Positions 51,401 through 64,000 are shown, counted from the stretch's first letter. The stretch: DNA of 64,000 nucleotides from Octopus bimaculoides (GCF_001194135.2 NC_068986.1:6492180-6556179); one strand, 5' to 3'. The notes: a model not told the origin generated them from the letters alone. Numbers and translations are program-made.

Positions 51401-52819
51401 TTTTTAAAGTATTTTTGAAATATATAAATACAAAGAGGTATTTCTATTTGCAATGAAAATGTCTCCCAGAATCTATTCATCAAACTCACTGAGTTTTACT
51501 TCTTGTTTTTCTTAGACTGATTTTTGTGTGTGTGTGATAATGTTGAAAAAAAAAAAAATTTTTTAAGAGATTATAAGCTTGTTATCGATATTAACTAAAG
51601 AGATTCTGAAGATCGTTGACATGAAGTGGTGAAACTTCTATGAACTGACACACTGAGCAGTTTATTTTCCTGTGTCCTAGTCAAATATTCCAAGACTGAA
51701 TCCGTGTGTGAGGACTTCAGATCACAGAAAATTTTTTTCATTGTTTTTACCAGTTTTTACCAAACAAATGAAAAATTTCTTAGGTTTTCTATGTTGAAAT
51801 ATCTTCAAGATTTCTTATACTGCCAAAAACAAACAATAAAACAAAAAAAAAAATGTGGAAGGAAATGGAAGATTATCTTTATTTCTAGCAAGTGTCAAAT
51901 TCTTTGAAACAANNNNNNNNNNNNNNNNNNNNNNNNNNNNNNNNNNNNNNNNNNNNNNNNNNNNNNNNNNNNNNNNNNNNNNNNNNNNNNNNNNNNNNNN
52001 NNNNNNNNNNNNNNNNNNNNNNNNNNNNNNNNNNNNNNNNNNNNNNNNNNNNNNNNNNNNNNNNNNNNNNNNNNNNNNNNNNNNNNNNNNNNNNNNNNNN
52101 NNNNNNNNNNNNNNNNNNNNNNNNNNNNNNNNNNNNNNNNNNNNNNNNNNNNNNNNNNNNNNNNNNNNNCCTGGCAGGTATATTCATTCAAATATTAGCC
52201 ATAATCAGTCTGATCTTTCTAAACCTATTTTGTCATTCTCTGTCATGGTTATTCTATCTGTTCAGATATATTATATAAACATATTTTTTTTCTCACCCAC
52301 AGTCTGGTTTAAAAGATATGACGACTATTATTTGGCTAAAGTTTAAACCTAAAAAACATAAAAAGAAAAATCTTATCCCTCCACTCCAACCCAACTCTTA
52401 ATTGTACATCTTTTTATAAATTTCAATTCATTTTTGAATTTAGTTTTTTTTTTTTGTTTTGTTTTGTTTTTTTTTGGTAGGGGGCTGTGTCTTTTTTTTT
52501 TTGTTGTCTTCTGAAATAAACTAAAAGAACAAATTTATATATGAGTTATTCTTTTCAATTTCATGTCATCACATTCACTTTTCCAAGCTTGCATGGGTCC
52601 AGCAAAATTTGAGTTAAATTTTTACTGCCAGCTATGATGCTCTAGTTTATATGGAGGTTGTCCGTAACACATTCTTCATGACATCACTTGATTCAGAAAG
52701 AAATATGTACATGAACTTACAATTTCATGGACTAATCGTGTCTAAAACCTTTAAAATCCCATAAATGATATGCACTTGCTCAGACATCAACAAAAATGCA
52801 TGATGTAGAAATATGAATG

Positions 52820-53113
52820 TGTGGTCGATGCCAGTGCTGCCTGACTGGTCTCGTGCTGGTTGCATGTGAAAAGCACCATTCGAGCATGATCGTTGCCAGT
52901 GCCACCTGACTGGCCCTTGTGCCAGTGGCACGTAAAAAGCACCCACTACAGTCTTGGAGTGGTTGACAGTAGGAAGGGCATACAGCTGTAGAAACTTTGC
53001 TAGATCGGATTGGAGCCTGGTGTAGCCTTCTGGCTTGCCAGCCCTCAATCAAACCGTCTAACCCATGCTAGCATGGAAAGTGGACGTTAAACGAGGATGG
53101 TGATTATGATGAT
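52820..53113 (+). mobile_element. Retroposon family B
   Basis: gccagtggcacgtaaaaagcaccc ... aacccatgctagcatggaaagtggacgttaaacga...gatgat. Confidence 0.85.
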
Positions 53114-53352
53114 GTATGAGCAATTTCACATAAGACAATGAATTAATTTATGATGAATAGAAATTCTTGTGCTAAATCAAGGCAAATAATACATTCTTGT
53201 AAGTTACTTCCCTTGAAATCCTGCAGAGGATCATGTAATCTTGACTATTCCAAAATGCTGGGGATTACTATGTAGACTGTTTGAAGATTGTGGAGATTTA
53301 CCCAACATGAAACCATTGGTTACCTTGTTAATCCCCAACTGAAGAATATTTA

Positions 53353-53502
53353 CAGTAATCCCTCACCATATCTATGGTGTTGTTTCGCATGTATAATAAA
53401 ACAAATAATAAAAAAAAATACAGTACTGTTTCTACTTCATGGATTTTCACCTATCGTGGGGGGTTTTGAAACATAACACCTGCGATAGTCGAGGGATTAC
53501 TG
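53353..53502. mobile_element. Second copy of the pogo/Tigger-type MITE
   Basis: TA|CAGTAATCCCTC ... GAGGGATTACTG|TA; 3' half (gcgatagtcgagggattactg) shared with 12366-12541. Confidence 0.85.
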
Positions 53503-53564
53503 TATTCCCCAAATGTGGTGTTGAGCACTCATTCTCACTGTTCAATACTCTGTGTGTGTGTGTG

Positions 53565-53595
<31 letters not shown>

Positions 53596-53689
53596 GCATA
53601 TACCATCCATATATACACAGATACAACCACCACACATGCACAAGCTTAAACACCTGTATGTATTTGTGTGTGGGAATGGTGTATCTATG

Positions 53690-53724
<35 letters not shown>

Positions 53725-54472
53725 CTCCAACATGTAGGTATGTCAGCTTCAGCTAAGCTAGATTTTCTTCATGACTCCAATGTGATTTCATGATATTTTA
53801 CTATTTCATGTGGAGTGATTTCCAAGTAGTAATAGCCTTATAATTGCATAACCAATAGAAAACATTCACCTTCCAGTAAGTGGTAGAAAATCTTGAGCCT
53901 TTCCTCGCTCCTTATACTTACAAAATTGGTAATGTGCATGCAAATAACTAGTTCATGGATACATTGTTATTAAAGTAATGTTGCCTTCAAGGCAGCATTA
54001 TTTTTATGAAAGCTGAAGATGGACACACTCAAACCATTTGTGCTGTAAAATTTTATGAAAGTGTCTTTGAAAGAATAAAACATCCTTCAATCCTGCTGAA
54101 ATAGAGATCAGATGCCTTTCTACAAATGAGACTTTGTGTGTTGCTGCAGTGGTTTGATGAAAATAACAAAAGAAATCCAGGACATTTGTCAAGTGAGAGG
54201 AATCTTAATAAATTTTGACTTCATTGTGTATGATATTCAGAATACAACCATTGAGTTATTTATAATTGCACCTACCTATTGAAATACATAAATACATACA
54301 TATGACTACTTTTTAGGTGTTTTCTTAGACTTCAAAACAAATTTCTATAAACCCTTCCATGAGCCCAACAAAAATCTAAAATATATTAAGCACTCTTGTC
54401 ACCCACCTATTATATTCGTATTTAGGAACTTAATTTCAAACCATCTTTTTGCTTTTACCAGCTTGATAATAC

Positions 54473-54510
<38 letters not shown>

Positions 54511-54660
54511 TTATTAAGGGTTCATGAATATCAGATGGGTTGCTCCCTAATAAAAACCTTATTGCACTGTTGGAATTTGAAAGACCCTCGCTTCTTGTTC
54601 TGCATTGACAACCATGTGCAACATATTACCATCAAGGAAAACTACAATTGTCATTAAATG

Positions 54661-54880
54661 TGACAAGTGTTAGAACACTTATGTTGCTAGAAATAAGAGC
54701 TAAGAAGCTCTAGTGTTGTAGTTAAAGCACATAATTGTATACATATGTACTGACAGGTACTGTAATCATCCAAAAGCACAGTCACTGTCAGTATTTATGT
54801 ATATAATTATGTGCTCTAACTACAGCATTAGAGCTTCTTAGCTCTTATTTCTAGCAACATAAGCGTTCTAACACTAGTCA
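54661..54880. repeat. Long fold-back inverted repeat (96-bp arms, 28-bp spacer)
   Basis: 54661-54756 is the reverse complement of 54785-54880 with 8 mismatches counted by eye. Confidence 0.95.
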
Positions 54881-54889
54881 TATTATTTA

Positions 54890-55205
54890 GTAGTGGCTTA
54901 GTGGTTAGGACATTCGGCTGATGATTGTAAAGTTGTGAGTTCAATTCTTGGTGATGCATTGTGTCCTTGAGCAAGACACTTTATTTCACATTGCTCCAGT
55001 CCACTCAGCTGGCAAAAGTTAGTTGTACCAGTAATTCAAAGGGCCAGCCTTGTCACTTTCTGTGTCATGCTGAATCCCTCTGAGAACTATGTTAAGTGTT
55101 CTCATGTCTGTGGAGTGCTCAGCCACTTGCGCATCAATTTCACGAGCAAGCTGTTCCATTGATCGGATCAGCTGGGACCCTCATTGACATAACCGACAGA
55201 GTGGT
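54890..55205 (+). mobile_element. tRNA-headed SINE family D
   Basis: gtggcttagtggttagg ... gagttcaattc ... gtgtccttgagcaagacac ... gtggagtgctcagccacttg ... aaccgacagagtg. Confidence 0.85.
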
Positions 55206-55718
55206 CTCTCACACACACACACACACACACACACACCAATTCAATGAACAAATAATTCAAAAGAAAAATAAAAAACGAAAATAAAAGAAAAAAAAACAAC
55301 GGGAAGATGTTCACAAGAAATATATTAGCCTGATGCTCAGTGAAAGGATAGTTTAACATTTCAAGCATAGCTCTTCATTGGAAAGGAGATGGTTGGTATG
55401 TGTGTGTGGTGTGGTGGCGTGTGTGTGATAGCATGTGCATGTATGGTAGCGTGTGTGTGTATGTGTGTGTGTGTAGTAACATGTGTGCATGTGCTGGTAA
55501 CTCTGTGTGTGAGTAGTCTGTGTGTGGGTGTGTGTGTAAATATACTCACACATATTGAATGCATCTATGTATACATTATTGAATGGCCATTGACTCGCAG
55601 GATTTCATTAATCTTTTGACAACCTTTGTTTCTTGTCCTGCAGGTTGTTCAAAACAACCTTTTTCACAAAGCTAGCTGGGTGGAGTTGCCAATAACCCAA
55701 ACATACAACAGGTTGTAC

Positions 55719-55735
55719 TGGTTATAAGTTGTATG

Positions 55736-55779
<44 letters not shown>

Positions 55780-55790
55780 ACTTATAACCA
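55719..55790. repeat. Palindrome with 16-bp perfect unique arms around an (AT)n core
   Basis: tggttataagttgtat (55719-55734) and atacaacttataacca (55775-55790) are exact reverse complements. Confidence 0.95.
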
Positions 55791-55956
55791 TATATATATA
55801 TGTATGTGTATGTTTGTGTGAATGTGTGTGTGCATTATAATGAACACTATGGGTTGGAATTTTTCACTGAATATTTGAGTTCATTTATATTTACTTGGGT
55901 CACAGTATCCATCCGTCCCTCTTCACTTACCCCACTTTCTATTTTATCTATGTCTG

Positions 55957-56003
<47 letters not shown>

Positions 56004-56004
56004 A

Positions 56005-56043
<39 letters not shown>

Positions 56044-56319
56044 CTGTTTGTCTGTCTTCCTATTTACCTATTTGTCCATCTGCCTATCTATCTATCTGTC
56101 CATTTGTCTGTCTTCTATCTGCTGCATTTATTTATAATTCAAGATGTCTGGAAAGAAACCATCAACTAGAACTGAAGATAGTAGTATGAATACGAACTGG
56201 AAAGGGATTATACTGGATATCAAAATTTGATGTTATAAAAAGGCTTGATACAGATAGAAAAAAAAAACTCAGCCACATGGCCTAAACATTAAAGTTTCTT
56301 ATGTCTACAGCAGGACATG

Positions 56320-56540
56320 ACAATCCTTTCTACTATAGGCACAAAGCCTGACATTTTGGGGGATGGGAGCTAGTTGATTACATCAACTCTAGTACATTAC
56401 TGGTACTTATTTCATTGACCTTGAAAGGATGAAAGGCAAAGTTGACCTCGGCAGAATTTGAACTAAGACTGTAAGGATGTACAAAATGCCACAAAGCATT
56501 TTGCCCAGTGTGCTAATGATTCTGCCAGCTCACCACCTCA
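56320..56540 (-). mobile_element. SINE family C
   Basis: tggtacttatttcattgaccttgaaaggatgaaaggcaaagttgacctcggcagaatttgaac ... gattctgccagctcacc. Confidence 0.85.
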
Positions 56541-56696
56541 AGAAGCTACTGTATTTACCACTTGAATCTTACTTTTCCATTGATCTCATGTAATGCTTAA
56601 AAATGGAACAGCTCTTAAACGTATGAAGTGAGGATCAAATTCAGCACAATGTCGATAAGCACAATTGTAATTTTAAAAAATTGCCAAAACTATGTA

Positions 56697-56903
56697 CAAG
56701 GTGGTGTTGAGAAGTTCCTGGGTATTGCATAAGGCTTGGCTGGCGGCCCAAATTTTCGAGGTCTTTTACAAAGCTTAGAAAAACTGAAGGAGTCCTGCAA
56801 TGAGTGTGAATCTAAGAGGGGAATATGTTAAATAAAATCATAATTAACTGATTCTCCTGCATTTTCTTTTACCCAAAGCCAGGAACTTTTCAGTACCCCC
56901 TCA
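56697..56903 (+). mobile_element. Mariner deletion derivative (MITE), different family from 35965-37296
   Basis: TA|caaggtggtgttgagaagttcctgg ... ccaggaacttttcagtaccccctca|TA imperfect TIRs; interior keeps the transposase tail WLAAQ...LRGEYVK*. Confidence 0.8.
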
Positions 56904-56911
56904 TACGACGA

Positions 56912-57052
56912 TTTACTCTTTTACTTGTTTCAGTCATTTGACTGTGGCCATGCTGGAGCACTGCCTTTTAGTCGAACAAATCGACCCCAGGACTTATTCT
57001 TTAGATGCCTAGTACTTATTCTATCGGTCTCTTTCGCCGAACCGCTAAGTTA
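56912..57052 (-). mobile_element. SINE family A 3' portion
   Basis: ttactcttttacttgtttcagtcatttgactgtggccatgctggagcac ... gaaccgctaagtta. Confidence 0.85.
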
Positions 57053-57510
57053 GAAATCTATGGATGCACATACGCACATAATAGAGAAAAATTAAACAAA
57101 TATGGACGACTTGCTCCGAAACACCACCGAGTGGGGAACGCTTCTCAAAAATAACCAGCAGTTGTTTCCTTCAAAATTCCTACATGCTTGAAATGTACAT
57201 ACATCAAGGTATATTTGTAGAAAATTTCACGAAAAGATATTAATTTTCCTGGAAGTTAAGAAGAATTTAAATGGACTCTGTTGGAATTTCCGAAAATTGT
57301 CCCCCACCCCCATTCCAAAACACATCCATTTTTCTGAAAGTTATGACCTTCCAAAGTCTGTGGGGTACAACTCTGTAGTTATGCCGTAAAATGTATAATA
57401 CAAACACCAGCATTGTCACAAGGCATAGGCATATTCCCACTGAACAGTTACCGGGAGGCCTGATTCTGATCTATGCATTGCTGTAACTTGCTGCCAATAA
57501 GTACATAATA

Positions 57511-57568
57511 TAGGGCCCAGTGCACTGATTTGCCCAAGGGCCCTTAATGCTACTATAAGACAGCCCTG
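57511..57568 (-). mobile_element. Single terminus of a probable hAT-type element
   Basis: Minus strand CAGGGCTGTCTTATAGTAGCATTAAGGGCCCTTGGGCAAATCAGTGCACTGGGCCCTA: CAGGG start and GGGCCC subterminal repeats; partner end not found. Confidence 0.5.
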
Positions 57569-59050
57569 ATACGTAGCATAAATAGTATGTCGTATTAAAT
57601 ATTTAAAACAACTGGAGAATTATTTCCCTTGTATTCAAAGGGAGACAATGTTTTGCTATGTGGAATATAGCAATACTGTTTCTCAATACAACGTGGGGTT
57701 TTCTTTAAAAAAAAAAACCACTTTGTATATTGAAGACATTCACTACCGATTGTGCAGATTTTCAAAAATCACCAAGCAATACTCTTTAAGCACCACTAAA
57801 ATAAAATAAACAACATAGATGCAAGTTGTTTATGTAAGTTGTCTCCCTTTAAATTTGAAAAATTAGTAAATTGAAGGGTTCTGAAAACACTTAATTTTTA
57901 AACTAGTAGTAAAATAGAATCGTTATAGCATCGGAAAAAAAGCAACTTGTTCAAGTCTTTTATGTCCTGTATTTAAATCTCGATGAGGTCAACTTTACTT
58001 TTCATTCTTGTGAGGTCGATAAAATAAGGTACCTGTCAAGTTTAGGAATCGATGGTATGGACTGCTAGTCTTGTACTTAAATTAGAAAGTTATTGATTAT
58101 GAAAGAAAACTAAAATGTTTTTAAACCCTGGGGAAAATAATGACTAATAAAAAAACCTAGTTATTAATTTATGATATTTCTACAAGATATTTTTTGATTG
58201 TCTAATCTTTAGACTATTTTTGAATTAGTTCAAATTAAACGTTTTTTCTTTTTTTCTTTTATTTTTTTATGATTAAATAATTTGTTTTTACATGTTTCTC
58301 CATTTGACAACTATATCCGTTTCGTTTTTCAATTAAACTCTATTAGAATTCTCGGAAAACAATTAAATATAACAAACTGATTTAAATTATATTTCGTAAA
58401 TTCTTTTACCCCACACTAACAAATATATATTTCAGAATACTTACTTACTGACATGATCGCTAACATTGACATATTACATCAAGTAACTGAACAAGTTAAT
58501 GTGATATCTTAAGGAGGGTTATTTCTTGAAGTAAATCCTAAACTCAAGATGAGCTTATGAAGGAAGTTGGGTAGAAGACATCAGATAAGAGGCTTGCAGG
58601 ATAGAAATACTCATTAGCTTCTTGTCTCTGACTTCCATCATTCTCCCTCCCCTGCACTTTTCCTTCTATTGAGATTTTCCTTGATGTATTTTATGTAACT
58701 GTTGCAGGCGTGATTCTAAGTCTGCATATACCTGAGTGTGTATACATTTACATACTTTTGCTTCTGTATGTGTCTTCTACTATAGTCTGTGGAGAGATTG
58801 TTTCTTTTTTTATTTTTGTAGTGGATTTATTAATCCCACAGTTCAACAACAGCACCTAGATATAGGGTACCTTGAGGAGAGTTATGTGGCAGAGTTAGCG
58901 ACCTGTTTCCTTGAGTAAGACACTCCTACTTGCATTGCCTCAGTCCACTATGCTAAAAACAAACAGCAGTGAAATCTAGGTGAAGTTAACTCAGCAACAA
59001 ACTGGTGTCCCATTCAGGGGGAAATCTTGTACTCTCAGTTTCTTATAAAC

Positions 59051-59472
59051 TGTGGTGTCATCATCATCATCATCATCGTCGTTTAACGTCCGCTTTCCAT
59101 GCTAGCATGGGTTGGACGATTTGACTGAGGACTGGTGAAACCGGATGGCAACACCAGGCTCCAGTCTGATTTGGCAGAGTTTCTACAGTTGGATGCCCTT
59201 CCTAACGCCAGGAGGAAAAAGACAACAAGAAGCAAAAGGACAGACTGAAACGTTGGACCTTACCTTGTCGACCGCAGCGGAGTACACGATCGCTCCTGAT
59301 CAGAACACGTCTTTCTCGTAACCTCTCTGTTTTCTGACTGCCTCCATGTGCTAGCCTTCGACCGCGTGTCACCGACCTCCGATCTGACCCTTCCGGTTTG
59401 GCCCTTCCGGTCTGGCTTCACCTCTGTTTGCCTCAGCCCTCTCCACCACAACACACAACCCATAACACCACA
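59051..59472. mobile_element. TG...CA-bounded insertion (solo LTR or short-TIR element), itself interrupted by a retroposon fragment
   Basis: taaac|TGTGGTGT ... ACACCACA|caaac: 8-bp perfect inverted ends, 5-bp near-duplication, CpG-rich interior, and it splits an older SINE. Confidence 0.6.
59059..59210 (-). mobile_element. Retroposon family B, 5'-truncated, nested in the TG...CA element
   Basis: catcatcatcgtcgtttaacgtccgctttccatgctagcatgggttggacg...ccttcctaacgcca, nearly identical to 26583-26725. Confidence 0.88.
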
Positions 59473-59734
59473 CAAACCATAGAAACTAGGTTAAGTGCCA
59501 GCCTAATGGGTTTATAAGCTTACAACAGGCTTCATCTATTTACTGAAGTAGGCAATATTTCCAGTCAGGTATCTTGATCCCTTCCTCCTACCAGTAATGG
59601 AAACTCAGAAAAAAGTCTAGGTACTGCCCTTCTTCTGTTCAAAGTCATTAAAAACCTTACAAATTGTACATGTGTCTGTCAATGAGGCTATTTATGAATA
59701 TGTGGTTTAAATATTGGTCAAGTAAAAGTGCATG

Positions 59735-59880
59735 GCTTAATGATTAAGGTGTTTAGCGCGTGATCTTAAGATCAGAGGTTCAGTTTCTAGATCAGGCAGC
59801 ATATTGTGTCCTTGAACAAGGTACTTTGTTTCACTTTACTCCAGTCTGCTCATCTCTAAATGAGTACCAGCCAAGTGCTG
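59735..59880 (+). mobile_element. SINE family D head, diverged
   Basis: atggcttaatgattaagg ... ggttcagttt ... gtgtccttgaacaagg ... aaatgagtacc. Confidence 0.65.
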
Positions 59881-60474
59881 GTGCAGCTCCCTTTTCTTCC
59901 AGCTGTCAAATCCTGGATTTTTCACTGGGTTAAAGAGTGAGAGGACCAAGAGGATGTTTATATCTGCTCATAACTACATTAGCACCTAAAACGTATTAAA
60001 CAACTTACATTTGTTTACCTTCCATTCACAATAACATTGATAATGATAACTAGCGTAATGTATCTTTTCTGTAGAAAGAATCAGTGACGGAAGACACTTC
60101 CAAGTAGCTGGCCTAAGTTTAATAACTGGAATTATGACCCCTGAATTATTGTTAAGCTATAAGGGATAAATTTGTGAAAAGAAGAAATAAAATTGATAAC
60201 TCTATATTTTTCAGTCTTTGGTGACCAAATAATTCTCATTTTATAAACAAGTTAAAAGACATGTTTATTATAATCTGTTATGTGTATAGTTAGAAGAGAT
60301 CAATACTGAGAACCCATATAAGAAATGACAAAGAGAACTGTTAATATAGCAAATGTTTATTTGTTTGTTTTGTTTGTTACAGATTTTACAGTTGTTGTAT
60401 TTTACGACTTGTGACAGTTTAATGTAAATACATACGTACACCCTATTCATACACACGCACACTCATGCACACTG

Positions 60475-60476
60475 TA

Positions 60477-60548
<72 letters not shown>
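60475..60548. repeat. (TA)n microsatellite
   Basis: Direct reading. Confidence 0.95.
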
Positions 60549-61050
60549 CAATATATATATCAAAGTTTAATTATTTCATCCGTCTGAGCTGTTCAATGTC
60601 AGTAACATCAGTGATATACTGAAATCAATTCAGTTGACTACACAGATTCTTCTCTGCTAGCAACAAATAGGCTTCGTGCTTAATCAGAAGCATTTATTTA
60701 GATCTTTAGAGGTTCATTTTATTATAGCCTCAGTTGCACTGATTTATTTTTGAAAGATGTAAGCCATGCTTGGTTCTCCAAATGCAGAATGTTTCTACTG
60801 TATATGAGTTGCAAGAATAGTTTTGAAGTATTTTAACAGCTCTCTACAAATATCCTGTCCCTTTGGATGTTCCATAAGTTATGTAAATCAGCTGAATTAA
60901 GTAATCAACAATACAGAACTGGAAATATTAAAAAAAAAAGTACAGCATACAAAATGTTGACTCAATAACATTTTTATTGGCAGAAAAAGGAAAAAACAAT
61001 AGCAATAAAATAAGCAGCAAGAGTTTTAAATTATATATTTGGACCCCTAA

Positions 61051-61114
61051 CACTCATCCTCTTCATCACTCATCCTCGTCATCACTCATCCTCTTCATCA
61101 CTCATCCTCTTCAT
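61051..61114. repeat. 16-bp minisatellite, 4 copies
   Basis: (cactcatcctcttcat)4 with one t>g variant, plus a partial fifth unit. Confidence 0.9.
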
Positions 61115-61329
61115 CACTCATCACTCACCCTGTCACACATCCTTCTTATTACTTATCACTCTCAGTCATGCGCCTGTCTTTCATACTTCTATCATTTATG
61201 TATCTCACTCTGTAAAGAGGTTTGCAGGCACAAAGCGTTATGAGGTCCCTTCAGTCATATTGAGAACATAGCTACCTCTCTAGTGCTTATAGCATGAAAA
61301 TTGCACAAGCTAGTACATTCTGTAAAGAG

Positions 61330-61600
61330 TAAGGCAGTAAGAACCCTTTAGTCTTCTGAGGACATGGCATCTCTCTTGTGCTGATTTCACAATAAAAGCC
61401 ACTTGAACACTGTAAAGTGATTGGTGTTAGGAAAAGCATCCAGCTGTAGAAATGAAACCAAAAATGGACCCTGTATGTGAGACACAGTCCTCCAGCCCAC
61501 GTAGTTGGATAGTATACCTGACTGTTGACCCAAATGTGGCAATACATTCAACCCATGTGAGGACGGAAAGCAGATGTAAAAGAATGAGGATGATAATTAT
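61330..61600 (+). mobile_element. Retroposon family B, diverged
   Basis: ggtgttaggaaaagcatccagctgtagaaa ... caacccatgtgaggacggaaagcagatgtaaaagaatgaggatgat. Confidence 0.65.
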
Positions 61601-63084
61601 GATAAATAATGCATGCCAAATCTACTTTTGATGTTGAAAATGCTAGATATAATCAAACCCACATTTTTGTAAGTAAATATGTGATTTGTGCTATTTTATA
61701 TTTAAATCATTTACTTATGTAATTTCTTAGTGCCATGAGATGCTGTATAGTAAGTTATCTGCTACAGGGGCAACAAATAAAGGTGATGACCAAACTTCCA
61801 CTGAGGAAGCCTAATGCAACGTTAGCTCACCCTAATATTTGTTCCTATTTCAACTGCATTGTCTTTATTTCTGGTGTTGAATGGTTTGCAAAAATCAAAC
61901 CTACCTTATTTATTACGTATATATATAGGACTCTCTCCCCTTTATAATTCAATTAACCATAATCTAGTGAATCATGAGAATAATGCTTGGGGACTTTATC
62001 TTTAGGAAATGCATCTAAGCTAAAGTCAGCTTAGCAGAGACCAAATCTCTCTCAACCATTTCCCAAGAAAGGATTTGCACTCAGTGATACAAAGAAACAA
62101 TTTATACCATTGTGGAAAGATTCCAACCACTGACATGTGACTAAAGGTTGACTGATGCATTTTAATAAAATAAAGAACTGTCAAGTCGACAGGAGCAATT
62201 GATTGTGAGCAGTTGACTGTGAGCCATTGATAGCAAGCATTGAGTCTTGTGTAACAGTAATCATAGTGCATCATATGAATACTTCTTTCCTCCTGCTTTT
62301 TTGAATTATTTATTCAACAACACAATTAATGTTTATGCATTTTGGTACTTATTTGTTGAGTGACAATGCAACACTTGTGTTCAGTACAAACAGTGTCTTA
62401 TTTTTTTCTCAGAATGTCACTTTGACCAATTGGATAAATCTGTTTTAAACAACATGGTCAGGAAATAAAGTTTACTTTAAATGGACTGTTAATGGGTGTC
62501 TTAAAAGAATGATTGGGGGGGGGGATCAAGTGCCTTGTTCATTGGTTCAATGCATTTCCTGATTCAGTAATTGAACTCATGGCATTGTGAATGTGAGTTC
62601 ATCACCCTGACCACTAGGCTATGATTGTGTGTGTGTGTATGTGTGTGTGTGTGTGTGTTTATGTATTGTGTATATATATGTGTGTGTATGTATTTGTGTA
62701 GGTACATGTATGTGTGTTTGTATTTATGTTTACTGAGGTATACCTGGGTTTCAAATTGTATTCTGTTAATGCAAAAAGGGCAACTTTCGATGAATATATA
62801 TTGATATACTAGGTACCGTAATGAAGTAACTAATGATCAATTATTAATCTTTTGAAGATAGTGTATGGCCAGTCTACTGAATGAAACCAGTAAAAATAAT
62901 TCCAAAATATCATAGTTACTCACCTATGAATGAATGCAGTTCTCAAAATTAATGCTTTTCCTTTGAGGAATCTCCATTGGCAAAAATGGATGTATTGATG
63001 ATATTGGCTACAGACAAATACAAACAGAAGCTAATTAATGCAAAGACAGATATCTTAATTAGTATTTATAGAGAAAAACTTATA

Positions 63085-63310
63085 GTTGATTGTCAGACAG
63101 TCAAATGACTGAAACAAGTAAAAGAGTAAAAGAGTATTCAAAAATGTTTTCCCCTGCGCCAGTAGTAAGAAGCTTGCTTTGCAACCATATGTTTTCATGT
63201 TCAGTCCCACCGCGCAGCCTTTTGGGCAAGTGTCTTCTACTATAACCCCAGACTGAGCAATGCCTTTTGAGTGAATTTGGTTGATGGAAATTGCGTGGAA
63301 GCTCATCATG
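63085..63310 (+). mobile_element. SINE family A tail fragment followed by a second head
   Basis: gtcaaatgactgaaacaagtaaaagagtaaaagag, then gttcagtcccac...gggcaagtgtcttctactata. Confidence 0.75.
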
Positions 63311-63353
63311 CGTGTGTGAGTTTGTGTGTGTGTGTGTGTCTGTGTGAGAGTGA

Positions 63354-63403
<50 letters not shown>

Positions 63404-63799
63404 CATTATTGTTAGCAGCAGCAGCAGTAGCAGTAGTAGTAATAGTAGTAGTGCTTACCCGCCATTTAACTCCTTCAGCTAAACTATAACTGAGAACCCT
63501 TACTGTTCCTTTGGGTACAGATGGGAGAATTATTTCTTTGGCAAAAGGTGATTCTGTTTGGACTGAGCTGTGATGTGTTATGGTCTCCTGGTGTTTGCTC
63601 TCCTCTAAACAATATAAAATAATAATGATACAAGAGTATTCTTCAGTTATTGTAGAAAAATAGAATAAAGATTATCATCATGATTACAGTCTTCATCCAC
63701 ATCTTAATGATAGTCAACATCCCCATCTGCACCAGCACCACCATCATTATCATCTCACATACAAACACACACACACTCTGCAACTCACATAAACACTCA

Positions 63800-63838
<39 letters not shown>

Positions 63839-64000
63839 ATAATATAGATTTAATCAAAAGATTAAATGTGGTACTTAAAATGTTTGAGGCACCAGAATTT
63901 GGTAGGGTAAAAACCAAAAACAAAATCAAGAGATTTGGTGAATAAAATTTGAAGAAAAGCAACAAAAATTCAATAGGTTATAGCAGTATGTACGTTTCGT

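Larger units (their letters stand above)
58870..59520 (+). mobile_element. Older SINE related to family D, split in two by the TG...CA insertion
   Basis: tccttgagtaagacac ... ggtgtcccattcagggggaa ... then resumes after 59472 as catagaaactaggttaagtgccagcctaatggg. Confidence 0.55.

Noticed and set aside
2013-63406. Numerous VCVC, YIYI, THTH, LSLS and ERER ORFs
   Set aside because: Translations of dinucleotide microsatellites

Overview
AT-rich, microsatellite-dense animal genomic DNA with eight N gaps. The repeat families look like those of octopus (inferred from sequence style, not from a search). One protein-coding gene is supported: a + strand ceramide glucosyltransferase (UGCG/glucosylceramide synthase, GT21). 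Eight GT-AG coding exons (19269-43642, equivalent to exons 2-9) splice in frame to 358 aa plus a stop: [358 protein letters not shown]. The first coding exon (N-terminal membrane anchor) was not found. The remainder is intronic or downstream DNA filled with mobile-element relics: several SINE-like families, a TIR-complete mariner, piggyBac-, pogo- and mariner-type MITEs, Penelope-like, RTE and CR1-type fragments, a Helentron-like element, and two striking palindromes. Exon and TIR coordinates were read base by base; most SINE/LINE boundaries are approximate (about +/-20 bp). I found no convincing new multi-gene system; the best leads are enzyme-motif substitutions, fold-back structures and nested or unclassified elements.
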